NCBI GenBank assembly: GCA_038087875.1
Contig: CM075981.1
Span: forward strand, 40,238,001-40,302,000
Length of the DNA: 64,000 nt
Source of the DNA: Malacoraja senta
Taxonomy: Eukaryota
Reading direction: 5' to 3'
A program made the translations under genes and the position numbers. Of this stretch, positions 38,742 through 50,954 are shown piece by piece (the stretch's first letter is position 1; every line of letters begins with the position of its first letter). The notes below the pieces were generated by a model. It saw only the letters and a program-made list of their open reading frames with translations, searched no databases and was not told the DNA's origin.

Positions 38742-39960
38742 CAAGAAGGATCTCCTGTGGCGTTCTGTGCTGCATCTTGGTGGAACCAGTCTGTTGCTGA
38801 AGGTACTCCTCAGGTTGACCAGTGTGTCATGGAGGGGGTGAGCTGTATTGTCCAAGATGCTCCGCAGGTTGAATCCACCTCCATGACGGAGCCAGCATTC
38901 CTGATGAGCTTGTTAATCCTGTTAGTGTCCGCGGCCTTCGCCCTGCTGTCCCAGCACATGGCAACGAAGAAGATGGCGCTGGCTACCACCGATTGGTAGA
39001 ACAAATGCACCATCTTACTGCAGATGTTGAAGGAGCGGAGCCTTCTCAAAAAGTACAGCCGGCTCTGTCCCTTCTTGTACAGGGCCTCAGCATTGCTGGA
39101 CCAGTCCAGTTTACTGTCCAGATACACTCCGAGGTATTTGTACTCCTTGGTAAACTGCACATCCACACCATGGATGGAGATAGGTTGGGTTGCCAACTTT
39201 CTCACTCCCAAATAAGGGACAAAAGGTCAAAATACAGGACAAATTCCCGACAGCAATTCGTTGACCAACCCGGCCATGGCTGGGTGAATGATGAGTTGGC
39301 TTTGTGTGCTGGACTGCACACAAAGCCCAGCCGGCGGGCCAGCTGAGGGGTTGTAGCCCGTGCGACGTCGCGCGCAAAGCCTGGCACCCCATCCAACTCA
39401 TGAACCGATGATCAGCCATGAGAAGGAGGGGTGGTGGTGTCGGCGGTAAGTGAAGGTCCGAAGGTCGGACAGCTGGCCGGGCTGCCGACCGACGGGGCCA
39501 CGGGCGAGGCGCTGCACTATGTCGGGATGGGTGAGGCGGGGCCGGACACGGCGCTCCGACCCGGCAGTCTCCACGACTCGAGTAGTAGCAGTCAACTACG
39601 GGCCCCTATGGACAAACCAATTTAGCCCCAAAAACAGGAGGTCCCTGCTAATACGGGACAGTTGGCAACCCCAGTGAAAGGGACAGGGGTGTTTCTCTCC
39701 TCCTAAAGTCCACCATTACCTCCTTAGTCTTGTCGGTGTTGAGCTGCAGGTGATTCAGCCCACACCACTCAAAGTCGTTGACTACACCTCTGTATTCAGC
39801 TTCCCTCCCCTCACTGATGCAGCCCACAGTTGCAGAGTCATGCGAAAACCTCTGCATGTGGCAGAAGTCCGCAGGATTGTATCTGAAGTCCGAGATGTAG
39901 ACGGTGAACAGGAAGGGATGAGAAGACCGTCCCCTGATGGGGCCCCTGTGTTGCTTCCCA
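38742..39960 (-). mobile_element. Rex1/Babar-type LINE RT fragment (copy 1)
   Basis: NHLQLNTDKTKEVMVDFRR...YKYLGVYLDSKLDW...KKGQSRLYFLRRLRSFN. Confidence 0.85.
39187..39671. mobile_element. hAT (Blackjack-like) non-autonomous element nested in the LINE (copy 1)
   Basis: TIRs GGGTTGCCAACT and AGTTGGCAACCC; interrupts the LINE ORF between ETPLS and PISIHG; no clear TSD. Confidence 0.7.
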
Positions 39961-40259
39961 GTAACAGACTACATTTTGTCCTGTCTCACAAGGCTTGCTA
40001 CTATGTGGGAAATTCATTGTGCTTATTTTTCAATTGATTTGCCTCTCTTCTAAAGTTTAACAGATTGATAAAATGTGAAGAAAGTTGGAATATGATGTCC
40101 TTTATCCATCATTAAGCCTGCTGTCACAGTCTCGTGCTCAATTACCTCGTTGCTCACAAGACCAGTGCCACCCATGAGTGGGGATGATCTGGAATCACGT
40201 TGTCCACTGAGGTCACCATTAACATGACAGAGAAGTTGTGCATGAATAGGCCAAGAATT

Positions 40260-41478
40260 CAAGAAGGATCTCCTGTGGCGTTCTGTGCTGCATCTTGGTG
40301 GAACCAGTCTGTTGCTGAAGGTACTCCTCAGGTTGACCAGTGTGTCATGGAGGGGGTGAGCTGTATTGTCCAAGATGCTCCGCAGGTTGAATCCACCTCC
40401 ATGACGGAGCCAGCATTCCTGATGAGCTTGTTAATCCTGTTAGTGTCCGCGGCCTTCGCCCTGCTGTCCCAGCACATGGCAACGAAGAAGATGGCGCTGG
40501 CTACCACCGATTGGTAGAACAAATGCACCATCTTACTGCAGATGTTGAAGGAGCGGAGCCTTCTCAAAAAGTACAGCCGGCTCTGTCCCTTCTTGTACAG
40601 GGCCTCAGCATTGCTGGACCAGTCCAGTTTACTGTCCAGATACACTCCGAGGTATTTGTACTCCTTGGTAAACTGCACATCCACACCATGGATGGAGATA
40701 GGTTGGGTTGCCAACTTTCTCACTCCCAAATAAGGGACAAAAGGTCAAAATACAGGACAAATTCCCGACAGCAATTCGTTGACCAACCCGGCCATGGCTG
40801 GGTGAATGATGAGTTGGCTTTGTGTGCTGGACTGCACACAAAGCCCAGCCGGCGGGCCAGCTGAGGGGTTGTAGCCCGTGCGACGTCGCGCGCAAAGCCT
40901 GGCACCCCATCCAACTCATGAACCGATGATCAGCCATGAGAAGGAGGGGTGGTGGTGTCGGCGGTAAGTGAAGGTCCGAAGGTCGGACAGCTGGCCGGGC
41001 TGCCGACCGACGGGGCCACGGGCGAGGCGCTGCACTATGTCGGGATGGGTGAGGCGGGGCCGGACACGGCGCTCCGACCCGGCAGTCTCCACGACTCGAG
41101 TAGTAGCAGTCAACTACGGGCCCCTATGGACAAACCAATTTAGCCCCAAAAACAGGAGGTCCCTGCTAATACGGGACAGTTGGCAACCCCAGTGAAAGGG
41201 ACAGGGGTGTTTCTCTCCTCCTAAAGTCCACCATTACCTCCTTAGTCTTGTCGGTGTTGAGCTGCAGGTGATTCAGCCCACACCACTCAAAGTCGTTGAC
41301 TACACCTCTGTATTCAGCTTCCCTCCCCTCACTGATGCAGCCCACAGTTGCAGAGTCATGCGAAAACCTCTGCATGTGGCAGAAGTCCGCAGGATTGTAT
41401 CTGAAGTCCGAGATGTAGACGGTGAACAGGAAGGGATGAGAAGACCGTCCCCTGATGGGGCCCCTGTGTTGCTTCCCA
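40260..41478 (-). mobile_element. Rex1/Babar-type LINE RT fragment (copy 2) with nested hAT element 40705-41189
   Basis: Duplicate of 38742-39960. Confidence 0.85.
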
Positions 41479-41834
41479 GTAACAGACTACATTTTGTCCT
41501 GTCTCACAAGGCTTGCTACTATGTGGGAAATTCATTGTGCTTATTTTTCAATTGATTTGCCTATCTTCTAAAGTTTAACGGATTGTTAAAATATGAAGAA
41601 AGTTGGAATATGATGTCCTTTAGCCTTCTGTCACAGTCTCGTGCTCAATTACCTCGTTGCTCACTGAGTTACCATGTTACCCATGAGTGGGGATCTAGAA
41701 TCGCATTGTCCACAGAGGTCACCATTAACATGAAAGGGTTTCTGTGCATGAATAGGCCAAGAATTAGAGTCCACAAATTGTTGTAAGGTGACTCTTGCTT
41801 TATCAGTACAATGCACAGAAAGTATTGTCCAAAC

Positions 41835-42006
41835 ATGCGACATCGCGGAGTGACGCCTGTATGGTCGTGAGTAGTCCCCCAAAGAGTCGTTCCTTTTTCT
41901 GGTCGCCGCTGGATTTTCAACATGTTGAAAATTTTTAGCCACCTGCTGCGACTATGACGGGTGCCGGTAAGTCGCCGAAGAAATTGCGTAAGTGGAACAG
42001 GCCCTT
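41835..42006. mobile_element. Harbinger MITE right part
   Basis: AAGTGGAACAGGCCCT-TTA terminus; internal similarity to 33637-34130. Confidence 0.65.
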
Positions 42007-42529
42007 TAGCTAACTGCTTTGTGGAAGCTCTTATCTAGTAATTGTTACTTGGCAATAGGTGCCGTGCGCTTTTGTTTACTTAGGTTTGGTGCAGTCCGCA
42101 GCAGCGGAGAGAAAATTATGATTTGGACTTGGCAGGATGTCGACTCTTTTAATTACTGTTGGCTCTGGACAGCGGTCTTTGTGGAAACATCACAATCTGT
42201 GCGAGAAGAAGTATTTATTCTACGATTGGCACAATGTCAAATGATCATTCTGCAGGGTTAGTGCGGGTTTTGTTGCTAATATGTGTTGAGATTAAGCAAT
42301 CATGACAACTTTTTATTTATTCGTTTTTTCTGAATATAAACATCTCTGAAAAGGGTAACATTTATTTCCCAAAACATTATTGCCCTTGAGATGGAGGTGA
42401 ACTGCCTTCTTGAAATACTGCATACTGAAATCATGAATACTGAAATAATATAACATAAAGATATACATGTCTTTGTGTAAGTTCTCCCACAAGGCTTTAG
42501 ACTGGGGTATTCCAGCAGTTAGTGTCAGA

Positions 42530-42760
42530 TCCTTTTCACCCAGAGAGTTGTGAATCTGTGGAATTCTCTGCCGCAGAAGGTAGCGGAGGCCAATCTACTC
42601 GATGTTTTCAAGAGAGAATTAGATATACAGTAGCTCTTAAGGCTAATGGAATCAAGGGATATGGGGAGAAAGCAGGAACGGGGTACTGATTTTGGATGAT
42701 CATCATTGATCATATTGAATGGCCGAATGGCCTAGTCCTGCAACTATTTTCTATGTTTCT
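42530..42760 (+). mobile_element. CR1 3' end
   Basis: FTQRVVNLWNSLPQ peptide; CTATGTTT-type tail. Confidence 0.75.
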
Positions 42761-43104
42761 ATCCTCGCCTTGATCCGAATATAATGAGCACACTTCAAAG
42801 ACATTGAACATAAACGCTTTGTTTTATTCCGCCATTCCTTCACATCCCGGCACCATGTGTCCCCTGAACGTTCTGACTCAAAGTAACGCGTGATGCATTT
42901 ACATACGACATCAGTGACCACGACAGTTGGAACCAGCAGCAATTTGGGACGTGGAAAAGTCGGGGGAGACTTTGTGGTTGGCATGTATCTGCTGCCCTGG
43001 TCCTTCTTTGCGGTAGAGGTTATGGACATGGAAGATGCTGGTAGAACAACCTAGACAACCAACCAATGAAGAGATTGTCAGTATCTTCATGACTTGTCCC
43101 TTGT

Positions 43105-43652
43105 AGATACGATACGATAGAACTTTATTTATCCCAGGAGGGAAATTGGTCTGCCAACATTCATAAAAACACAAGATCCATGAAATTAAAGTGACGAGTG
43201 GAAAGTCCATGATTGGGGATGTGCAAAGATTGGGGAGGAGGGGAGGAGAGGGAAGGGGGGGTGGGGGTCAATCTACCCAACGACAGAAGGGGGAGGAGTT
43301 GTACAGTTTGATAGCCACAGAGATAAAGGATCTCCTGTGGCGTTCTGTGCTGCATCTTGGTGGAACCAGTCTGTTACTGAAGGTGCTCCTCAGGTTGATC
43401 AGTGTGTCATGGAGGGGGTGAGCTGTATTGTCCAGGATGCTCCGCAGTTTGAGGAGCATCCTCCCCTCCAAGACCACCTCCAGTGAAACCAACTCCATCC
43501 CCAGGACGGAGCCAGCCTTCCTGATGAGCTTGTTAATCCTGTTGGCGTCCGCGGCCTTCGCCCTGCTGCCCCAGCACACAACACCAAAAAAAATGGCGCT
43601 GGCTACCACCGATTGAAAGAACATCTGCAGCCTCTTACTGAAGATGTTGAAA
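43105..43652 (-). mobile_element. Rex1/Babar-type LINE 3' end
   Basis: ORF 43268-43624 is homologous to 38742-39030; AATAAA and (TATCG)n tail at ~43105-43130. Confidence 0.85.
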
Positions 43653-43731
43653 GATAATGGAAAGGCTTTGGAATGTCAGGAGATGAGTCATTTGCTGCAC
43701 ATGTAATGACCTTTTCTCTTTAGGGTTAGAT

Positions 43732-44036
43732 ATTTAGTTTAGTTTAGAGGTTCAGTATGGAAGCAGGCCCTTCGGCCCACCGAGTCCGTGCCAACCAGCG
43801 ATATGCACTGGTTACACTATATATGCACTAGGGACCATTTGTAATTTTTACTGAAGCCAATTAACCTACAAACATGTACGTCTTGGAATGTGGGAGTAAA
43901 CTGGAGCATCCAGGGGAAACCCACTTGGTCATGGGGAGAACGTAAAACTCCATACAGATAGCATTCTTAGTCAGGATCGAACCCGGGTCTCTGGCGCCGT
44001 AAGGCAGCAACTCTACCGCTGCGTCACCGTGCCGCG
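43732..44036 (-). mobile_element. tRNA-derived V-type SINE
   Basis: Homologous to 33125-33422. Confidence 0.82.
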
Positions 44037-44335
44037 CTCATATCAGTCATACTGAATGTGCTTGACTTTTCACTGTATGAGTGAATGATTTGGCAACAAA
44101 TGGCTTGGTTCGTAGTGCAGAGTCAATTCAAATTGTTCAGGAACGTAGATGCGAACATCTCTCTGTTTCCTGTAATTTCAAAACTGCATGATTGATATAT
44201 TGCCGTGTTTATATTTGACATTACCACATTGCTCCAACTGGATTTACTCAAACTGCCTTCTTTTTTGTGTCGAGGATAGACACAAAATGCTGGGGTAACT
44301 CGGGAAGTGTTGGAAGTTGTTCTGCACTATGACTT

Positions 44336-44650
44336 TTTAGTTTAGTTTAGAGATACAGCGCGGAAACAGGCCCTTCGGGTCTTCCACCAAGTCCGCACCG
44401 ACCAGCGATCCCCGCACACTAACACCACCCTACACACACTAGGGACAATTTTACATTTATATCAAGCCAGTTAACCGATAAACCTGTACATCTTTGGAGT
44501 GTGGGAGGAAACCGAAGATCTCGGAGAAAACCCACGCAGGTCATGGGAAGAACGACAAACTTCGTACTGAGAGCACTTGTAGTCAGGATCAAACCCGGGT
44601 CTCTGGCACTGTAAGGCAGCAACTCTACCGCTGCGCCAACGTGCTGCCGC
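44336..44650 (-). mobile_element. tRNA-derived V-type SINE
   Basis: Homologous to 33125-33422. Confidence 0.85.
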
Positions 44651-45168
44651 ACTGTTGACTATTTTAATCAAGTTCAAAATAGCAGTGTAGGGGGGGTTGG
44701 AAAAATCCCAACTTCTCGTTGTTCCTGTGTGTGATAAATGCTGGAGCTTTTCAACCCATCCCAAGACCAGCTGTCATCTGCAACTATTCTCCTGGAAGTT
44801 AGCAACTCTTAATACGTTTAGACAGATGGCAAAGCTACATACGGGTAGTATCCACACAATGGGCACATCAAATTATGTTCTTGCGGCATAAATGGAAAGA
44901 ACAACTCATCAAAGAGCTTTTAGGCTTATTCGAAGCAGTTGACAAGTTTATTTAGAGATAGTGTGTGAAACAGGCCATTCGGCCGGCTGAGTCAGCCAGC
45001 GTTGGCCATATTCACCCGCACGCAGGCTCTATCCTACACACTGGGGACAATTTACAGAAGCCAATTAACCTACAAACCTACACATCCTTGGAAGGGCATG
45101 GGAAAGGCATGTTCTTCATATTTTGTTCAATCAAATCTTTTTAAAAAACTGTCTTTAGCTCGGCCAAC

Positions 45169-45170
<2 letters not shown>

Positions 45171-45201
<31 letters not shown>
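45171..45201. repeat. (TG)n microsatellite
   Basis: About 15 TG units. Confidence 0.95.
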
Positions 45202-45204
<3 letters not shown>

Positions 45205-46669
45205 TTTGTGTGTGTTTTTTGTTTTTTTTGTTACAAACTATATAAGCAGGCCCACAAGGAGCTTCCAGAAGGAGTCGATACAATCAGTACAAACAATATA
45301 CACTAAGAAGTCGGCAAGTATGACAAGAATGTCAGCTATTTCTCTGTGTGTTTATATTGGACCATGTTTGAGTGCTGTGAATGGCCCCTCTGTGTTCGTG
45401 AACAGACCCTCTTGCTAGTCGGCTCTCCGGCAAGTGGATGCAAATCTCTGTATGAACACTTTGAAAGAGCACTCTCAAGTTTTTCTAGAAGGGAAATTTG
45501 CCCGGTAACAGGTGGGCAATATTCCTTCATATAAAGCACGAAACTATCGATTCTGATGAAACTCTCCACTATTCGGCCAACTCATCTATGTTGATCAACG
45601 TGTCCTATTTAAGCTAATTCCGTTCATAAGTGATAGGAGCAGAATTAGGGCATTCGGCGCATCAAGTCTACTCCGCCATTCAATCATGGCTGACCTATCT
45701 CTCCCTCCTAACCCCATTCTCCTGCCTTCGCCCCATTAACCCTGACACCCATACTAATCAAGAATCTATCTCTGCCTTAAAAATATCCACTGACCTGGCC
45801 TCCACAGTCACCATTTGCCCATGTTTACCACCTGGAGTGGGGTGGATGTGCAAAGACAGAGGGTGTTTATTGTTTAAAATAAATAATATGCGGTTCACTG
45901 TAAGTATCGGATCTGTGACTGGAACATGAATAAGAACAGGAGCAGAAGGCCTGATTTTTTTTAATCTATTTTTGTCTCCCAAACATTGTTAACTTCTTTT
46001 GATGGAAACGTTCCCATTTAACGCAGTTAGTAAGAACATCAGACATTCATGGGGCAGCTATGGGATGAACTGGGTAAAGAGCAAAGATTGAGTTTTCGGT
46101 CCTGTCAATCCCTCTCAGGACAGTTACAGCATGGACTGGACATGGAGTAAAGATCCATTGGTACTCTCTTGTACTCGTCAAGTACCACACAACTTAAAAA
46201 TGCATGGATATAGCCCCTATCTGTGTTTCAATCCTTCAATCACCAGCAAATACCACTATATTATGCTAATATTTTTACATTGAGGATCTTCCTGCAGTGA
46301 TTATCAGGTTAGAGCTTAAAAAATGCCAATTAATGGATTCTTCTGGGACGATGGGTGGATATATTCAGTAAATCAAGGAGGGCTCATGAATTCACCTTCA
46401 GTAGTTCAAATGAATAGTGGAGGAAAGAACTGCAGATGCTGGTTTAAACCGAATATAGACACAAAACTCTGGAGTAACTCAGCGGGGCAGGCATCATCTC
46501 TGGAGAGAAGGAACAGGTGATGTTTTGGGTCGAGACCCTTCTTATTCTGAAGAAACATTTAAATGAATACGTTATTTATTCTCTCTCACCCCTTTAACCT
46601 TACCATTGCATGGAAGGAATAATTTTGATTGTTTGAATCAATCTTGCTCCGTACTTCCAGTTCTTGCAG

Positions 46670-47470
46670 AGTCATGGAGTGATACAGTGTGGAAACAGGC
46701 CCTTCGGCCTGCCCACACCGGCCAACAAGTCCCAGCTACATTAGTCCTACCTGCCACTATTTGTCCATATCCCTCCAAACCTGTCCTATCCATGTACCTG
46801 TCTAACTGTTTCTTAAACGATGGGATAGTCCTGCCTCAACTACCTCCTCTGGCAACTCTTTCCATACATCCACCACACTTTGTGTGAAAACGTTAACCCT
46901 CAGATTCCTATTAAATCTATTCCCCTTCACCGTAAAACCAGATGATTGTCAAATTATGCTTCCACATGACTAACCTTCACCCAGCCAATGTTGACTGCAA
47001 ACCTGACTCGCCCTGTAAGATTGTTTTTAATTTCTACATTTGCACATGCAAGAACCATCCAATATCCAACACTTCTTGCCCTCTGAGACAGAACAGCCTG
47101 CTCCACAGATGTCTCCAGCACAGAGATGAGAGGATAGAAAGAACCTAACAATGTGAAATGTATAAAATCATGAGAGGAATAGATTGGGTAGACGCACAGA
47201 GTCTCTTGCCCAGAGTAGGTGAATCGAGGACCAGAGGACATAGGTTTAAGGTGAAGGGGAAGAGGGGTAACTTTTTCACACAAAGGGTGGTGGGTGTATG
47301 GAACAAACTGCCAGAGGAGGTAGTTGAGGCTGGGACTATTCCAATGTTTAAGAAACCGTTAGACAGGTATATAGATAGGACTGGTCTGGAGGGATATGGG
47401 CCAAACGCCAAAGGTGGGACTAATGTAGCTGGGACATGTTGGCCGGTGTGGGCAAGTTGGGCCGAAGGGA
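46670..47470. mobile_element. CR1 3' fragments (- 46670-46935, + 47155-47470)
   Basis: YKIMRGID..ESRTRGHRFKVKG..FFTQRVVGVWNKLPEEVVEAG. Confidence 0.78.
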
Positions 47471-48119
47471 AAAAAGGGAAGAGGTGGGGAAATAAGAGAT
47501 TTTTTATCCCCCTCCAATGGAAGAATTTTAAATTCCAAGGCAAAGTACGTAATATTCACCACCATGGAGAAGGAAAATTGATGCTTTCCCCATCCCTAAC
47601 CCAGCACACCAGTAAAGTCTGACTACGTTCATCCTATGTTCATCTTCTTCCATGGGAAATTAATAATTGTGTGAATTATGGGATAAGTGGCCGGTTTCAA
47701 TAAATAACTGAGAGATCGTGATCCTCAATCAACTGCACTGCAAGTCATTGCCCTGAATCGAGCTCAGCAAGAGTATAGAACAAATTTACACACATTCTTC
47801 TGGGTTCAAAAACATTTTTGTTTGGCAATAACTTGGCTACAGAGCAAGAACATCAACTTGGCAAAAAATCATTTTCCATTCTGTGTTCTTTTTTTTCCTT
47901 CTCTTCTAACGAAATAAGACTTACTTAAGGCGGGCTATGTTCACTCAGCCATCAGCTACAATCCGATGATATCTACACATGCGTGCTCAGAGCAAAGCAG
48001 CAGAGTTAATAGTTACTGAAGATCCTGTTCTCGCCCTATGTCCACAAATGTGCACTTTGTCCCAGCATTATGACTATCCACTTGGTTTCAAAGGTGAAAT
48101 GCTGGCTGTTTTTTTTCCA

Positions 48120-49130
48120 CAGAGAGTCGTACAGTGTGGAAACATGTCCATTGGCCCGACTTGCCCACGCCGACCAACATGCCCCATCTACACTAGTCCC
48201 ACCTGCCTGTGCTTGGCTCATATCCTAAACATATCCTATACATGTACCTGTCCAAATGTTTTGTAATGGTTGTGATAGCACCTGCTTCATCGACCTCCTC
48301 TGGCAGCTCCTTCCATATACCTATCAATGTATGTGTAAAACAATGAGTTGCCCCTCAAGTTCGGTGAGTGTAACAGCGTGTCAGGTGAATGACAGAGGTT
48401 ATGGGGAGAAGGCAGGAGAATGGGGTTAGGAGGGAGAGATAGATCCGCCATGATTGAATGGCGCAGGAGACTTGATGGCCGATTGGCCTAATTTTACTCC
48501 CAGCACATGATCTTATGAGCATGGAAACAGGCCCTTCGACCCAACTTGCCCACGCCGACCAACATGCCCCCTCTACATTAGTCCTACCTGCCTACTTTTG
48601 GCCCATATCTCTCTAAACCTATCCTATCCATGTGCCTGTGTAAATGTGTTTTAAACATTGTGATAGTACATGCCTCAACCACCTCCTCCGGCAGATCGTT
48701 CCGTCCACCCACAACTCCATTGTGCAAAACAAAGTTGCCCCTCAGGACCCTATTAAATCTCCCCCCCCCCTCCCCCCCGCCCTCACCTTAACCCTGTGTC
48801 CTCCGGATCTTGATTCCCCCTACTCTGGGTAAAAGACTTTATGCATTTACCCTATCTATTCCTCTCATGATCTTATACATCTCTACAAGATCACCCCTCA
48901 CCTCCTGCGCTCCAAGGAATAAAGTCCTAGCCTGCTCACCCTCTCCCTATAGCTCAGGCCCTTGAGTCCTGGCAACATCCTCGTAAATTTTCTCTGCATC
49001 CTTTCCCATTTCATAACGTCTTTCCTATAACAGGGTGACCAAAAGTGAACACGACTCTGTAAGTGTGGCCTCACCAATATCTTGTACAATATAATCAACC
49101 CTCTGACTGATGAAGGCTTCTTGACCACAT
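48120..49130 (-). mobile_element. CR1 3' fragments
   Basis: LYKILVRPHLQSRVHFWSPCYRKD..RMQRKFTRMLPGL. Confidence 0.78.
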
Positions 49131-49284
49131 GCGATGAAAGCTTTCTTGACCACGATTCACCGAGGACCTTCTTGACCACCAATGTTGAATCCAGAACCAT
49201 TTAAAAGGGATCCTTTTTAAAAATTAATGAGCTTAAACCTGGGTTCCTCGAGCGTATATCGTTCGGTATTAGTGTGAGCAAAGT

Positions 49285-49690
49285 TAGACAATAGACAATA
49301 GATGCAGGAGTAGGCCATTCGGTCCTTCGAGCCAGCACCGCCATTCAATGTGATCATGGCTGATCATCCCCAATCAGTACCCCGTTCCTGCCTTCTCCCC
49401 ATATCCCCTGACTCCGCTATTTTTAAGAGCCCTATCTAGCTCTCTCTTGAAAGCATCCAGAGAACCTGCCTCCACTGCCCTCTGAGGCAGAGAATTCCAC
49501 AGACTCACCACTCTCTGTGAGAAAAAGTGTTTCCTCGTCTCCGTTCTAAATGGCTTAGTCCTTATTCTTAAACTGTGGCCCCTGGTTCTGGACTCCCCCA
49601 ACATCGGGAACATGTTTCCTGCCTCTAGTGTGTCCAAGCCCTTAACAATCTTATATGTTTCAATGAGATCCCCTCTCATCCTTCTAAACT
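49285..49690 (-). mobile_element. Young CR1 3' fragment
   Basis: ORF 49374-49679; (CTATTGT)n tail. Confidence 0.85.
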
Positions 49691-50270
49691 TCTAAATCAT
49701 GAAATAGTAAAGACCGACATGACCCATCACTTCACACCCTAATGCACAACTACATTGTATTTGTATTCTTTTATCCTGATATTTTCGATACAATCATATT
49801 AATTGAGGGTGATAAGAGTCGATCATGATGTGTGTGATTGGAACTACTGTCAGGGTGAGGGGGGTGAGGCTAATGACACCGGTAAAAGGGGAAGATCATG
49901 GGTGGACGCTAGGCAAAACCAGCAGTCAGAAAGGTAATGATGTAGATAATGAGGAGAAAGTAGGAGGTTGCTATCGGATATGCTGGAAATGAAAAAAAAT
50001 ATATATATATCCCCCAATTGTAAAATGATTACAAAAATCACACTCTGAGAAAAAAAAAACTTATCACGACACCTCAGCTTCTTTTGCCCTCTGCAACTGG
50101 AAAAAAAATGGAGTTTGTCACATATGGTATGGCATGGAACTTTATTTCTCACATGTTCAGCAGTACAGTGAAATTCATTATTGTATACAGTTCAGTACAA
50201 GTATCACTATACAAAAGCACTTAGATACATCTTGGATAAGCATCTCAGATACGGTACAAGTGTACAGCAG

Positions 50271-50421
50271 TCTTCTTCTTCTTCTACTTCTTCCTGCGTA
50301 TGGCGTGCACAGCCTAAAGTTGTAGGACAACTTGTTCTATTTGATCTTATTTAATTGTGCACACCAGGTTGATTGCATTCGTCGAAACAGGGCGGACCAC
50401 GTGAAGGTTGCAATCTCCCAC
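50271..50421 (-). mobile_element. 3' end of a non-LTR retroelement with (GAA)n tail (RTE/RTEX-like)
   Basis: Minus strand ends GCCATACGCAGGAAGAAGTAGAAGAAGAAGA; clade assignment is tentative. Confidence 0.45.
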
Positions 50422-50510
50422 GAAGTAGTACGCTGAGACGGTATACAGTTTGGCACAAGAATGTCGATTGTAATCATGTATTGACTTTCTGCGGATTGGT
50501 TAGCACGCAA

Positions 50511-50781
50511 CCATATAACCATAACAGCACGGAAACAGGCCATCTCGGCCCTTCAAGTCCGTGCCCAACATTTTTTAATTTTTTTTTTTTAAATTAAAAA
50601 TAAATACTTCCCCCTAGTCCCATCTACCTGCACTCAGACCATAACCCTCCATTCCTTTCCCGTCCATATACCCATCCAATCTATTTTTAAAGGATAACAT
50701 CGAACCTGCCTCCACCACTTCCACTGGAAGCTCATTCCACACAGCTACCACTCTCTGAGTAAAGAAGTTCCCCTTAATGTT
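50511..50781 (-). mobile_element. CR1 3' end, same subfamily as the adjacent long copy
   Basis: Reverse complement of ~53625-53900. Confidence 0.8.
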
Positions 50782-50954
50782 CCCCTAAACTTCTGTCCCT
50801 TAGCAATAAAGCTTTTAACTGTACCTCAATAAACTAAACTGAAACTGGGATTTCCAAGTCCCAGTTGTTGTAAGTGCAGGGTTCCTGGTCTGACCACGAT
50901 GGCCCATTGTCCTGCCAGCGTTGTGTGGTCAGCCTGGTTAAGCGTGGCCATGGT

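Larger units (their letters stand above)
38655..41561. repeat. Tandem duplication, period 1518 bp (38655-40043 = 40173-41561)
   Basis: Identical ORF translations offset by exactly 1518; sequences match wherever compared by eye. Confidence 0.93.

Noticed and set aside
38682-41555. Pairs of identical ORFs as duplicated genes
   Set aside because: They are LINE or hAT frames and antisense frames within a tandem duplication.
42084-42257. Possible internal exon
   Set aside because: One open frame, but the peptide is unrecognisable and the donor is weak.
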